Assembly: GCA_951406725.2 (NCBI GenBank) | Contig: OX597823.1 | Span: 4,898,001 to 4,962,000, forward strand | DNA: 64,000 bases | Reading direction: 5' to 3' | Source of the DNA: Octopus vulgaris | Taxonomy: Eukaryota | Shown here: piece by piece, positions 25,503 to 38,568 of the stretch | Layout of the letters: each line of letters starts with the position of its first letter | Position numbering within the stretch: position 1 is the first letter of the stretch | Notes under the pieces: generated by a model | Database searches by the model: none | Told to the model about the DNA's origin: nothing | The model's input: only the letters and a program-made list of their open reading frames with translations | Program-made: the position numbers and the translations under genes

Positions 25503-25974
25503 TATACAGGCACAGACATGTGGTAAGAAATTTGTTTCCCAACCACATGGTTCCAGGTTTAGTCTCACTGCTTGGCATCTTTGGCAAGTATCTTCTACTA
25601 AGGGATTGGGCTGACCAAAGCCTTCTGAGTGTATTTTGTAGACATAAAAATTGTAAGAAGTTCATCATATATATGTATCTATATACATCTATGTGTATGT
25701 GTGTCTTTGCGTCTGTGTTTATCCTCCACCTTCACTTGAAAACCGGTGTTGGTGTGTTTACATTCTCTTAACATAGCACTTTGGTCGAAGAAACCGATAG
25801 AGTAAGTACCAGGCTTAAAAAAATAACATAAGTTTTGGGGACAATTCATTCAATTAAAAATTCTTCAAGGCCCAGCATGGCCATAGTCTAATGACTGAAA
25901 CATGTAAAAGATAATAAAAAAAGATATAAGATGGTAGTTTGTTTTTCAGGCTTTTCTTTGTTTGTTTGTTTGTT

Positions 25975-26015
<41 letters not shown>

Positions 26016-26217
26016 ATCAGTTTAGCTGAGTGTCATTGTAGCAAAGCGCATCCAGCCATTTATAACTTGTGAATTTCAGCTAGCAGACATTAACTGTTAT
26101 TTATTTATTTCTACAGCTCAGCAGTTAGTGTGATCACACGGTAATAATGATTTCCAGGTCACTTCTCGTCCTTTCCCGGTTAGGAGTTGGGGTGCAAATA
26201 TGAATAAACGTTTAACG

Positions 26218-26311
26218 CTATGATGATGAGGATAGTTGGGAGGGGTGTTGTGGTAGTGGGGGTGCAGGGAACTCTGGTGGTGGAGGGAATCGAATTGCAA
26301 ATAAATCAAAT
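26218..26311 (-). CDS. Candidate terminal coding exon of an unknown gene (FDLFAIRFPPPPEFPAPPLPQHPSQLSSSS*)
   Basis: Acceptor TTTGCTACTTTGTTCAG in phase 2, stop TAG, AATAAA signals at about 26100-26109; unique sequence, no homology recognised. Confidence 0.3.
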
Positions 26312-26399
26312 CTGAACAAAGTAGCAAACAGCAGATTTATAAATAAACTATAATGATTTATTATTATTATTATTATTGTTATTATCATTATGATTATAT

Positions 26400-27390
26400 A
26401 ATTGCTGGCCTTGTACCTAGATCAGAATCTGTAACAAAAGTGAGTTGGCCGAATCAGCGCATTGGACAGTATGCTTCAAGACATTTTCATCTGTCTTTGT
26501 GTTCTGAGTTCAAATTCCGTTGAGGTTGACTTTGCTTTCATCCTTTCAGGGTGAATAAAATAAGTACAAGTTGGACTCTGGGGTCAATGTAATTGGCTTA
26601 CCCACTTCCCCCAAATTGCTGGCCTTGTGCCTGTCGTCATCATCATCATCATCATTATTATAAAATTATTGTTCATGTGCCTAAATCAGAAATCATAACA
26701 AAGGCAAGCTGGCAGAATTGACAAAATGCTTTGCAGCATTTCTACCAGCTTTATGTTCTGAGTTCAAATTCCACTTAGGTCATCTTTGCCTTTTCCCCTT
26801 TCGGGGTTGATAATAGAATAAGTACCAGTTGAGCACTGGGTCTCATGCATGCAACTAACCTTCTCCTTCAAATTGTCAGTCTTTGTACCTATAGTTGAAA
26901 GGATTATTATTAGTAGTACATAATTGCTGGCTTTGTGCCCAAGTCAGAAACCATTACATAGAATTGTTAGAACATCAGATAAAATACTTTGCAATATTTA
27001 TTTTAGTTCTTTAAGTTCTGAGTTCAAATCTCATCTAGATCGACTTTGCCTTTCATCCCTCCTGGGTTAATAAAATAAATACCAATTGAGCACTGGTGTC
27101 TGACTTACCCTTCCATTCCCAAAGTAGCTGACCTTGTGCCAAAATTTGAAAGAATTATTATTATTAAGGTAGCAAGCTGGCAGAATTGTTAGCACGTCAG
27201 GCAAAATGCGTAGCAGTATTTCTTTTAACTTTACATTCTGAGCTCAAATTTTGCTGTGGTTGACTCAGCCTTTCATCCTTTTGGGAGTTGATAAAAATAA
27301 GTACCAGTTGAGCACTGGAATTGATGTAATTGTCTTACCCCCACTCCTGAAATTGCTGGCCTTGTGCCAAAATTAGAAACCATTATTATT
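26400..27390 (+). mobile_element. Four head-to-tail SINE family B copies
   Basis: GAGTTCAAAT...CTTTCATCC...AAGTACCAG recurs at about 26505, 26760, 27020 and 27240. Confidence 0.85.
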
Positions 27391-27611
27391 ACTGTTGTTA
27401 TTTATTGCTGAAGTTGAATGTATGCTAGAAGTTCTGTGAGTTTGTACCTTGTTTTCCTTTTTAGGGATTTGTTTAAATTGAATTTGTTGTTCCACTGTGT
27501 TTCTTAGTTGATCAGAACCATAAGGGGCCGATTAATCATTTTTGCAAGTTGCCCTTCTGAGCAACATTAGGAAAGAGAGAAAAAGGTTTGCAGCATAGAA
27601 AAAATTTCAAA

Positions 27612-28420
27612 ATGGCTTCTTCATCTTTGTTAGTTGGCCAAAAAGAAAGGAAGGTGGGAGGAGGGTTTGAAAGTGAAACCATCTCTTGCAGTCAACTCCC
27701 ACCACACAATGCTATAAATGTAGTAGTACTTTAAACAGTATTAAAATAGTAGCAACCACAGTAGCAACAATAACATGCCTAACAAAAAAGCTCACAGAAT
27801 CACTAGCAGGAGAGAAGAGTGTTTTGCCACTCTTGTCACCACTATAGCAACAAATTAGTAGTACAAGCAAAGCCACCACTACCACCCCAATGATAAACAA
27901 CAATGGCTGCAACAATAGTAAAAGCAGCAACAGCACAGCAGTAAAGGCACTGCAAAAAATATTCCTTTTGCCAAGATTACCAATGTTTTTGACATTGTTT
28001 CACTCAACAAAAAGCATGAATATTTAGAAGAGGTGGTGAAGCACCTCAGCAAACTAGAACAAAGAAAAGTTATGCTTAATATAGCATAACATCTTTTAGT
28101 CCAAAGAGAGAGGAAAGCAATTCTGTATAGATACCCATCTATGAAAATACACAAATTAGAACATATACTTTCAGACCAAGCTGAACTCTGGTTTAAAAAA
28201 CATTTGACCAGACATTGATTTTGTGGGACATGCCCATAAGTTTGGATAAACACTAGTGCAGATGCACTCTGCCATTTCACAAAGAACTGAAGATTTTACA
28301 CTGATAACAATCACCTCAAGGATTTCTGCTCCCAGCTACAACAGAAAATGACAGCTGAATGAAGGCCTCCACTACTGCCAGTGCTAACAACAGCAACAAA
28401 GATCTCGAAACAACATAAAA
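27612..28420 (+). pseudogene. Decayed ORF, possibly a retroelement ORF1/gag-like gene
   Basis: A-rich coding-like stretch from ATGGCTTCT; long frame with scattered stops (NIPFAKITNVFDIVSLNKKHEYLEEVVKHLSKLEQRKVML...). Confidence 0.35.
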
Positions 28421-28604
28421 GACCATTATGAGGTTAAAGGCAAGAGGGATTTTTACAGCAGTCTGTTAAATCATCTCCAGAAAACAATAAGAATTTGAAT
28501 AGCTGAAATTAGAAAAAGCAAACAGATTTGTGAAGAAAGCTTCACCAGTAAAGGACCAGTATGGATTCTACAGACAATGCAAATAACAGTAATAATAACA
28601 ATAG

Positions 28605-29024
28605 CTTCAAATTTTGACACAAGGCTAACAATTTGGTGGGAGGGCATAAGACGATTAAATCAACTCTTGTATTCAACAGCTACTTAATTTATCAACCCCA
28701 AAAGAATGAAAGGCAAAGTCAACCTTGGCATAATTTAAACTCAGAATGCAAAGACACATAAAATACATTTTGCCTGGTATACTAATGATTTTGACAGTAA
28801 TTAAAATAATTCCTTTTTTAAGGGACAAGGCCAGCAATTTTGAGAGGATGTGGTGTAGCCAATACCTTTGACTCCAGTACTTGACTGGTGCTTTATTTTA
28901 TCACTTCCTGGAGGATGAAAGACAAAATTGACCTTGGATGGATTTGAACTCAGAATATAAGAGGCTGGAATGAATGCAGTAGATCATTTTTCCAACACTG
29001 TAATGATTCTGCCAGCTCACTGCT

Positions 29025-29025
<1 letters not shown>
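28605..29025 (-). mobile_element. Two SINE family B copies
   Basis: ATGAAAGGCAAAGTCAACC...AACTCAGAA motifs and TTCTGCCAGCTCAC head. Confidence 0.75.
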
Positions 29026-29067
<42 letters not shown>

Positions 29068-30399
29068 CAACAGTGATAATGATGATGATGATAATAATAG
29101 AAATAAGTTCAATCAATAATCTAAACTGGGTGTTGTGTCTCTTTCTTGGTGGCATTTTACCTGCCTATTTACTGAGTGGGACAAAGTCATTTATAGTAAT
29201 GTCTGGCATAAGGCCAATCTTTCAGTTATCTTGTTTTGCCTGAGAGAGAGACCTTGTGGTGTGTGTGAGTGTGTTTACAAGTGTGTATATGAGTCTATAT
29301 GAATGTGATTATATGTATGATGTATAAGTATGTGTTTACACACTCACATGAGATACAGGAATAGAGATGTGGATTGAGAATGGGAAAGAGATATATAGAT
29401 AATGGTGATGTGAAGGAAAGACGGTAGAGAAACTGAGAAAGAAAGAAAGAGATACACACACACACACACACATGGAGGATGAGACTTAGTGAGAAGAAGG
29501 GAAGAGCTGGAGAAGTAGATGAGAGAGACAGTGAAAAAGAGAGAGAAAAGTATAAATAATAGAGAGGGGAAGAGGACAGAAGAAAGATGTAGAAAGATAG
29601 ATAAGAGCCAGTGAAGGAGAGATCGTGAAAAGTGGTGGAGGTGTGGGAGATCATGGAAAGGTGAAATACATGATAAAAAACCAATGAGAATCTTCATATC
29701 CAGAAGTCTGCTGGTTAAGGTCAATTGATTTACCGTTAAACAACTCAACATCCTGTCATCGTATCATATGGACATTGAATATTGTGAACACATTGATACA
29801 GATAGAGGAACAGTTTATATTATTTCGTATCTTTTGCTTACAAGATCAAATCTCATGTGAAGTATGATCTGATGTAACCAAAGGGACAATAGAGCAACTG
29901 GTAAAATACATTTATATGTTTCGTCTCTTTTGGTTGTGAGTTCAAATTTCACTGTGGTTTACTCTACACAATTCCTCCACCTGCTAAATCTCATTTTAAT
30001 CACATGTTATTGTTTTATGAAAAAGGAGGGTAGCTATGTCTGAAAGAATAATTAAGACAGAGTGGTCATGGCTGCAGTACTTTTGTTCATTGGTTTGCTG
30101 GATCAGCTTTGATCCAGGGTTAAGAACAATGAGATCATCCTGCTGGATGATGGGTATCGCATCCCTAAGTATCTACAGTACGGTTAACTTGATTGTGGAT
30201 CATGTCCAGCAGTCAGTCCTTACTTGAGATATAGGGATGCATGGCAAAAGTGATTTCTGTTCAATTATATTGAAATCAGATCATGGGAAACACACGACAT
30301 AAACTGTTTACACTCAGAGACATACTGTGAAGAAGGACGTTAAGAAAAGGGAAGGATAGTCAAAATCAACCACAGACAAACAGGCACACACTCTCATAC

Positions 30400-30594
30400 T
30401 TAGACCCAAACAAAGGTGGGGAGGCATGGACTCCACCTGTCTTCTCAGTCTTTATCTGTGGTGATTGACTACAATAATGATCACCATTCTTGAATAAATT
30501 TACACAGTGATCGCATATGATGTGCCAACATGATGAGAAAGAGGCGGTGAATGGAGGGGAAAAGGAGGGAAAGGAAGAAATTTCCATCGTTTTC
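30400..30594 (-). CDS. Candidate 195-nt phase-2/phase-2 exon (KTMEISSFPSFSPPF...CWHIICDHC...PPLFGSK)
   Basis: Acceptor TTGTCTCCATCTGTTTAG, donor AA|GTATGA, open frame; phase compatible with the 26311 acceptor. Confidence 0.3.
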
Positions 30595-31280
30595 CTAAAC
30601 AGATGGAGACAAACAACAAATACGCTGCGGAGTGATTCAATCAACTTTACTTCCTTTTAAAAATTTAGGACTTTGTAAGAACATAAGAACTCATTAGTTT
30701 ATAATCCTGCTTAAATTTAGAAAAAACATATCACATTTCATCTCTGCCAGACACCAAAGATGATTTAATGGTGAAAGAGACTAAAAGAGAATTGGCTGAT
30801 AAGCGGAAAGAGTTCAGTTGAACAGTAGTGTACAGAATATTAAGATAATATTTGAGAAATGTCAGTTGGTAAGTTCAACTTCCGGCTGTTGGAGTTAAAG
30901 TGTTTTGAACTTCCGGTCATATTGAATTGATATGGTTGAGATAGAAACAGAGGTGGAGAATAGAAATGAAGAAAATTAAATATATTATACACTCATGCAT
31001 TTACTACAACTGAAAATTTGAGTGACTTTGTTATGCAGTTTGTTCAAGATATAATAAAATATATTAAAAAGCAATTAATAATAGAAGCAGCAATGGATGT
31101 ATAGTTGAAAAATTTGCTTTGCAACTATATAGTTTTGGGTTCTATCCCACTGCACAGCACTTTGGGCACTTAATAGTATTTAAGGCCAATGTAAATTTAC
31201 TATATTCAATGTATTTGATTTGTAATAATATAAATCAAGGTACTAAATATAGCTGTAGGTAAAAAAATTTTTAGAAAGAT

Positions 31281-32125
31281 AGGTGCAGGTATAGCTGTGT
31301 GGTAAGAAGCTTGCTTCCCAACCGCATGGTTACAGGTTCAGTCCCACTGCATGTCACCTTGGGCAAGTGCCTTATACTATTGCTTTGGGCCGATCAAAGT
31401 CTTGTGAGTGGATTTGGTAGACAGAAACTGAAAGGAGCCCATCCTGTGTATTGTCTGCTAAAATGAATTCTCAAACACACACATAACATCCAAAGGTACA
31501 TCTTTTACCTCTGATGATATTATGCTTATGTTGCATAAATGCAAATTTAATGTTTGTTGAGTATTAATAGAAACGGTTGTAAGTGAAGAGGACCAATTTG
31601 CTGTTAATAATAATCAATTATTTACTCCCCAATCTCCATTTTCTTCTTCTTTTAGATGTGTGTGTGTGTTTGTGTATATATATATATATATATATTTATG
31701 TGTGCGTGTCTTTGTGTCTGTGTTTGTCCCCAACCACTGCTTGACAACCAGTGTTGGTGTGTTTATGCCCCTATGACATAGTGGTTTGGCAAAAGAGACT
31801 GATAGAATAAGTACCAGACTTAATAAAAAATAAGTTGATTCATTCAACTAAAACAAAAATTGTTGAAGGCGGTGTTGCAGCATGGCCGCATTCTAATGAC
31901 TGAAATAAGTAAAAGATAAAAGAATGGTGAAAGATAAATAGACTTGGCTGTGTGGTAAGAAGTTTGCTTCCCAATCACATGGTTCCACGTTCAATCCCAA
32001 TACATGGCACCTTGGGCAAGTGTCTTCTAATATAATCTTGGGCTGTCCAAAGCTTTGTGAGTGGATTTGGTGGGGACTGAACCTAGAACCATGTGGTTGA
32101 GAAGTAAACTTCTTATCACACAGAC
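31281..32125 (+). mobile_element. Cluster of SINE family A pieces (split copy plus inverted head pair)
   Basis: Head 31281-31445, 3' half 31680-31925, second head 31945-32070 abutting an inverted head at 32072-32125. Confidence 0.75.
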
Positions 32126-32379
32126 ACATGTAATTGCATACACACACATATATTTCTTACCTTTTACAGTCATTGAACTGTGGTGATGCTGGGGTACTCC
32201 CTCAAAGGGTGTAGTCAAGTAAGTTAAACCCAGTACTTCTTATTAAAGTCTAATACTTATTCTGTCCACCTTTTATACCAAACTGCAAAGTTACTAGATG
32301 TAAACAAACCAACACAAGGTGCAAGGACAAATCAGTCACATGCATACACATACATATATACACACATCTGTCTGTCTAG

Positions 32380-32932
32380 ACCTGGTGAGTCAAGTAAAAC
32401 CAATATTGTAGCTGGGGCTAGTGCCCCCTGACTGGTTCCTGTGTTGGTGGCACGTAAAAAGCACCATCCAAACGTGGTTCATGCCAGGTCCACCTGACTA
32501 GCTCCTGTGCCAGTGGCATGTAAAAAGCACGAACTGAATGTGGTCAATGCCAGTATAAAATGCACCATCCAAATGTGGTTGATGCCAGGTCCACCTGACT
32601 GACTCCCATGCCGGTGGTATGTAAAAAGCACCAACTAATTGTGGCTGATGCTAGTACGCCCTAACTGGCTCTTGTGCCGGTGGCATGTAAAAAGCACCAT
32701 CCGAACGTGATTGATGCCAGGCCCGCCTGACTGGCTCCTGTGCTGGTGGCACGTAAAAAACACCCACTACACTCTTGGAATGGTTGGCGTTAGGAAGGGC
32801 ATCCAACTGTAGAAACATTACCAGATCAGATTGGAACCTGGTGCAGCTGCTGGTTTTCCAGACCTCAGTCAAACTGTCCAACCCATGCCAGCATGGAAAA
32901 TGGATGTTAAACGATGATGATGATAATGATGA
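32380..32932 (+). mobile_element. RTE-type 3' end with about 6 VNTR units
   Basis: Repeated GGTGGCA(C/T)GTAAAAAGCACC, then the standard tail and (GAT)n. Confidence 0.85.
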
Positions 32933-35224
32933 TATTTATAGTAGTCCTAGATAGATAAAAAGGCATGATGGTCAGTAGTTGGGCATTTCTGACTGTGGAT
33001 CTTGCTTAGTTTTGGGTAATGACCAGGGGCTAAATATCAATAACAACAACAACAGACATATCAATTGGCATATAATTTCTGTTGTCTCTTGAATTTCAGC
33101 TTGTAGCTGATGATTCTCTCTGCCCCAGAAAGCATATGATTCTGTGAGGTTCCTGTGAACTCACTGACTTCCAGCTGAGTTATTTACAAGGAGTGACAAA
33201 ATGTCTTAGTGCTAAACCACAAGCCATAACTACCTCCTCTACTTCCTCTACCCCAATGCTCGAATTTCTTAAACACCACTTGATATGTTCATACTCACAC
33301 ACAAATACACAGATACACACCCTCACATTATAATTGCACAAACATACAAGAAGACAATAATAACTGCACATACATACCATAAAATATAAGAAAGTTAAGT
33401 TTAAATAGGCTAGTATCCAATCCAGGGGTAAAAAGAACTCTCGTTGGCTTGATCCACTTGAAAATTTAAAATGTTTAAGGTTGTGAAGCAAATTTCTTAA
33501 CCACTCAGCCATGTCTTCAACACATGTCTGTTAAAAGAAGACATGTAACATAGGCTAATCCAAGCACCCAGTTTTCAGTAACATAACAGGATGATATAAT
33601 ATATCCTGTATTTTGTTTTCTTGTTTTAGCCATACTGGGGCATCACTTGGAAGGGTTTTGTCAAACAGATCAACCTTCAGTACTTATTTTTTGAAGTCTG
33701 ACACCTATTCTATTGGGTCTCTTTTGCTGAAACTGTGAGTTACCTGGATGTAAATAAGCCAGACACTGAACTGCTAGCAACTCACCACCAGCATATAGCT
33801 TGGAGCGAATACAACATGTAAATCTTATAACTTTTGAAGTGTGTTACATCACCTGATGAAGCTTACTGCACTGTGCATTGCATTGATGTTATTACATCAT
33901 CCCACACTCACTAGGGAGCAATGCAGAATGAAGCTGAAATGATTGATTGCTGATAAAGACTCTAGTAACAGTCTGTCTTCCAGATCAATCGTTTAATATG
34001 TGTGTGTGTGTGTTTGTCCAACACTCAAGCTACACATTATTATCACCAACTCTTATTTTGTGGGATTATTTCCACCCAGATTAAGAATTTAGATTTTAAG
34101 AGTTTGGGACTTTCAAACACAGATCCATTGTTAATCTATTGTGCACTTACTCTGGCATCTTCTCATTCATTTATATGCATATCTATATACATCTACATCG
34201 ACCCTTTTTGGCCAGGCCTACAGAATGATATCCCCGATATTACTCTACTCTTAACATGTAGTATATAAATATATTTATCAATATTTCAGGGGATGGATAT
34301 CAAATTTACCTTGATGTACATGAGCATAGTACTAAAAAGTATGACCTATATAGTGATTACCAGAAGTAAGACAGCATTTGAAGTGATATTGATGCTTAAA
34401 TGCTAGCTTACGTATGGGACAGCAGCTGGTATTCCTATTAGAGACTGCCGAGTCGAACATGTGTTGGTGATTAATGGCTAATACGATCTGTTTCGCTGGA
34501 TAATCACTGGTAATTAAAGCACTAAGACCGCAATAGAAATGAAGATATCATTGAAATATGTACGGACATGTGTGTGTGTGTGTGTGTGAGTATATGTGTG
34601 TCCGTCTGTATTTTGCTTTCTCTCTCACTACATATATACATATATATTATATATACACACATACACAAAATATATACACATATATCAATATAACATATAC
34701 ATGTACATACACACAATAATATATGGTGTATGTATGTTGTGTGTTTATGTATACATACGCACATAAATGTATATGTCTTATATAAAAATAATATAATGCA
34801 GTAAACATATGTATGTATATATGACATGATGTACTAAATATACATGTGTATGTATGTGTATATGTAATGTAATATACATATGTGTGTGTGTGTGTTGTGT
34901 GTGTGTGTGTATTGTTCACTCACCTCGAAGGCGTGGTGAAACCGAAAAAAGCACTAAGTTAACCATTGCACATAGACCCATAAACACGCACACGCACATG
35001 CAATGTGCACACACACACACAAACACACACTCAGAGGTTGGCAAATACACAAGACACATGCATGGCAGTGCATACAGATAGACTTGGGTTATGCACACAA
35101 TACAACCATGTACACAATGCTTACATACACTTCTATAAGCATGTGTATGTGTATATATATGCACATAAGAATTGTGCATGTATATTTATGTGTATATATA
35201 TTTATATCTATGGATACATATTTA

Positions 35225-35438
35225 CAGGGTGCAGTGAAAAAAACTGTTGTCTAAATTTTGTGAAAATGAAAATAACACTGATATCTCATTTTAACAGATA
35301 TATTTACCAAAATTACATAGAAATATCTTGAAATACTAAAGAGTAAATTTATTCAATAAAATCGCCGTTGGCTTCAACCACGGCCTCCAGATGACATTGG
35401 AATCTCCTGCAACACTTCTAGACAGTCTCCTTGTTTAT
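35225..35438 (-). mobile_element. Right-end fragment of the DD37D element
   Basis: TA-CAGGGTGCAGTG TIR; reverse complement matches 25295-25502. Confidence 0.8.
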
Positions 35439-35877
35439 GAAATGTATAGTATTTATACACACTTTTTCTATATGAAAATATGTAGTCTATTGATTTTATT
35501 ATGCATACTAGCCACTGGTATGAAATTTTTGTAAATTTTCTACCCTTTTAATTTTCACAGTATACATACACACACACACACACACATATATGTGTGTATG
35601 TAAAGATGTATGCATTTATATAGCTATGTATAAATACATATGTATATACACATGTGTCGGTATATATATATATATATATGTATATTTGTGTGTATCTTTT
35701 ATCATTTACTTGTTTCACTCATTAGACTGTGGCCATGCTGGGGCACTGCCTTGAAGAATTTTAGTTGAATGAATTCACTTCAGTATTTATTTTTTGAACC
35801 TGGTACTTATTCTCTTGAGCTCTTTTGCCAAACTGCTGTACATACAGACACACATACAAATATGTGTGTATGAGCAT

Positions 35878-36172
35878 TGGGCCTCATAGAGCCAGTGACA
35901 GGTGATCAAGACATTTGGTTATATACTGTGCTTGTATGTACCTGTGAAAGCAAGTGAGACCGTAGTTCTGGCCGGTGCTGGTATCCAGTGAATGGCACAT
36001 AAAAAGCACCCACTACACTCTCGGAGTGGTTGGCATTAGGAAGGGCATCAAGCCATAGAAACCTTGCCAAATCTGATCGGAACCTGGTGCAGCTCCTCAG
36101 CTTACCAGTTTTCAGTCAAACTGCCCAACCCATCATGCCAGCATGGAAAGCAGATGTTAAATGATGATGATG
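35878..36172 (+). mobile_element. RTE 3' end retaining the ORF2 C-terminus
   Basis: GLIEPVTGDQDIWLYTV (resembles the RTE terminal DR..W motif), followed by one VNTR-like unit and the tail. Confidence 0.7.
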
Positions 36173-36183
36173 TTGTATGCATG

Positions 36184-36256
<73 letters not shown>

Positions 36257-36389
36257 GTTTTTATTATTTTTTGCAATTTACTTAATCATTGGTATTTTAT
36301 TGTTATTTTAATATTTCTATTATATGTAATGTTCTAGATGGTGTAATTTAATTGTTCATTTTGAATTGATAAAAGGTGTTTTTTTTCTA

Positions 36390-36426
<37 letters not shown>

Positions 36427-37284
36427 CATATTAATGGTAAACATAGGATAATTCATTCACCCATTGAAATATATATATACACATACACCTTATTGCCACT
36501 CTCTATTGACCACACATTACTGTAGAAAATCACTAGTTGAAGCAATCAAGAAACACTAGGAAAACAATGTATTCTACTGCAGTCCTGTGTTTCTGAATAA
36601 GTATTCTTATATTGGCCTTTGAATCCTGAAAGCTCTCTGCAAAAACAAAACAACCTCTACAAATATTGCTTTCCAATTCTTTGATTAATCTTAATGGCAG
36701 ATGCTCAAAACTGGGCCAAAATAACATCACTATCATCATTTACGTCCACTTTTCTAAGCTTATGTGAGCCAGATTGAATTTATTGCAGCAAATTTTCTAC
36801 AGCTGGATGTCTTTCCTGTTGCCAACCCTCACCTATTTCCAAGCAAGGTAATATTTCCCTATGGCTAGATATGTTTTCCATAAAAGACTAGAAACGAACG
36901 ACCTTGCTTGTATGATGATGGTCTTTATTTACAATCATCACATAAGGTACGCACAAACATATGCACACCCACACATACACATAAATGTATCATTTACTTG
37001 TTTGTCATTGGACTGCGGCCATGCTGGGGCACTGCCTTGAAGAATTTTACTCGAACAAATCAACTCCAGTACATTTCTGTCTTTTAATCCTGGTACTTAT
37101 TCTATTAATCTCTTTGACCAAACTGCTAAGTTACGGGGGATGTAAACACACCAAATTTAGATGCCTAGATGTCAATCAGTGACGGGCGAGAGATATAGAC
37201 ACAAAGACACACACACACGATGGGCTTCTTTCAGTTTCTCTCTACCAAATCCACTCACAAGGATTTGGTTGGCTTGAGGCTATA

Positions 37285-38568
37285 TGAAGATCAGCTGAAA
37301 AGTTCATAGGCTGACCAAACTACTTTCATGGAATGTGACAAAATGAGGTTTCTTTTTCAACATAGTCCTCCCTGTGGTCCCTACACTTCTTCCATTGGTG
37401 TTGCAGTGCTTGGATCCTGTTGGAAAAGAAGCTTTCATCCTGTTGGTCAAAGTCATCAATAGCAGATATGACGTCATCATCACTGCAACACTGGTTCCCA
37501 GCCAAGTGTTTTTTCATGTTGGGGAATTGAAGATAGGGTCAAACCAGGAGAATAGGGAGGGTGATCTACCAGTTCAAGGCCACAGACATGCCTCGCAGAC
37601 ATTGAAACTAAGGGCTAATGTGCTGGAGCATTGTCCTGATGAAAGAAGAACCCTTTCATCAGTTTTCCCGGGCATTTGTTCTTGATAGCCTTTTGCAACT
37701 GTCTCAAGAAGTTGGCATAGTACTCTCCATTCAGGGTATCGCCCTTTTGAAGAGAGCCAATAAACACAATTCCTTTTGCATCCCAAAAAACTGAGGCCAT
37801 CACCTTCCCTGCAGATGAAATGGCCTTGACCTTCTTTGGAGCAGATGAGGAGGGGTGTTACTACTGCATGAATTGTTTCTTTGTCTCTGGCTCAAAGTAA
37901 TGAAGACAACACTCATCCTGGGTTATGAAACACTCAAGGAAACCAACTGGACTTGTCTCAAACAACGTTAGATTTTCCCATGATGTGATCAACCTGGTGC
38001 ACTTTTGATCAGGTGTCAGAAGACATGGCATCCATCAAGCAGAAACTTTCATCATGCCAAGTTCGTTGTATAGAATATTCTCTACTTTGTCATGAGTGAT
38101 GCTAATAGAGTTGGCTATTTGATTTATAGTTAATCACCTATCAATCTCCAGCATTGATCATATGGTGGATGCAATCATTTTTTTCCCTCAATGCTGGTAG
38201 CTGCAGGTCGTCCAGACATTGGATCATCTTGAAGTCTCTTCCTTCCCCTCCTAAATTCAGCTGCCCACTTTTGCATTGGATTGTCATTCCCTAATGTAGT
38301 AAGTATGTCAGCATGAATGTCCTTGGGGGCTAAAAGCGTTTTGCTGAAAATACTTCATAACAACACAATGCCAAATTTTATCCTTTTTTTAAGAGGCTTC
38401 ATTACTAGTTAAATCTGAAGTCTTCTTTGAACAGTCAGATATCAGTTTACTAGGAAAGAAACAATGCAGTTATTAATATGAAGGGTTGAAATTAATGCAT
38501 GAAATTAATTTCACAGCCCTAGCATCACTCCTTCATAGTCGGCCTATAAACTTTTCAGCTCATTCTCA
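37285..38568 (-). mobile_element. Full-length decayed mariner (irritans/Himar1-like) inserted at a TA inside a SINE A
   Basis: TIRs TGAAGATCAGCTGAAAAGTTCATAGGCTGAC / GTCGGCCTATAAACTTTTCAGCTCATTCTCA with TA TSD; MASVFWDAKGIVF...HQDNAPAH; SINE halves at 36990-37282 and 38569-38660. Confidence 0.92.

Noticed and set aside
34522-35331. YI/TH/CV-rich ORFs here and throughout the track
   Set aside because: Translations of (TA)n/(CA)n microsatellites.
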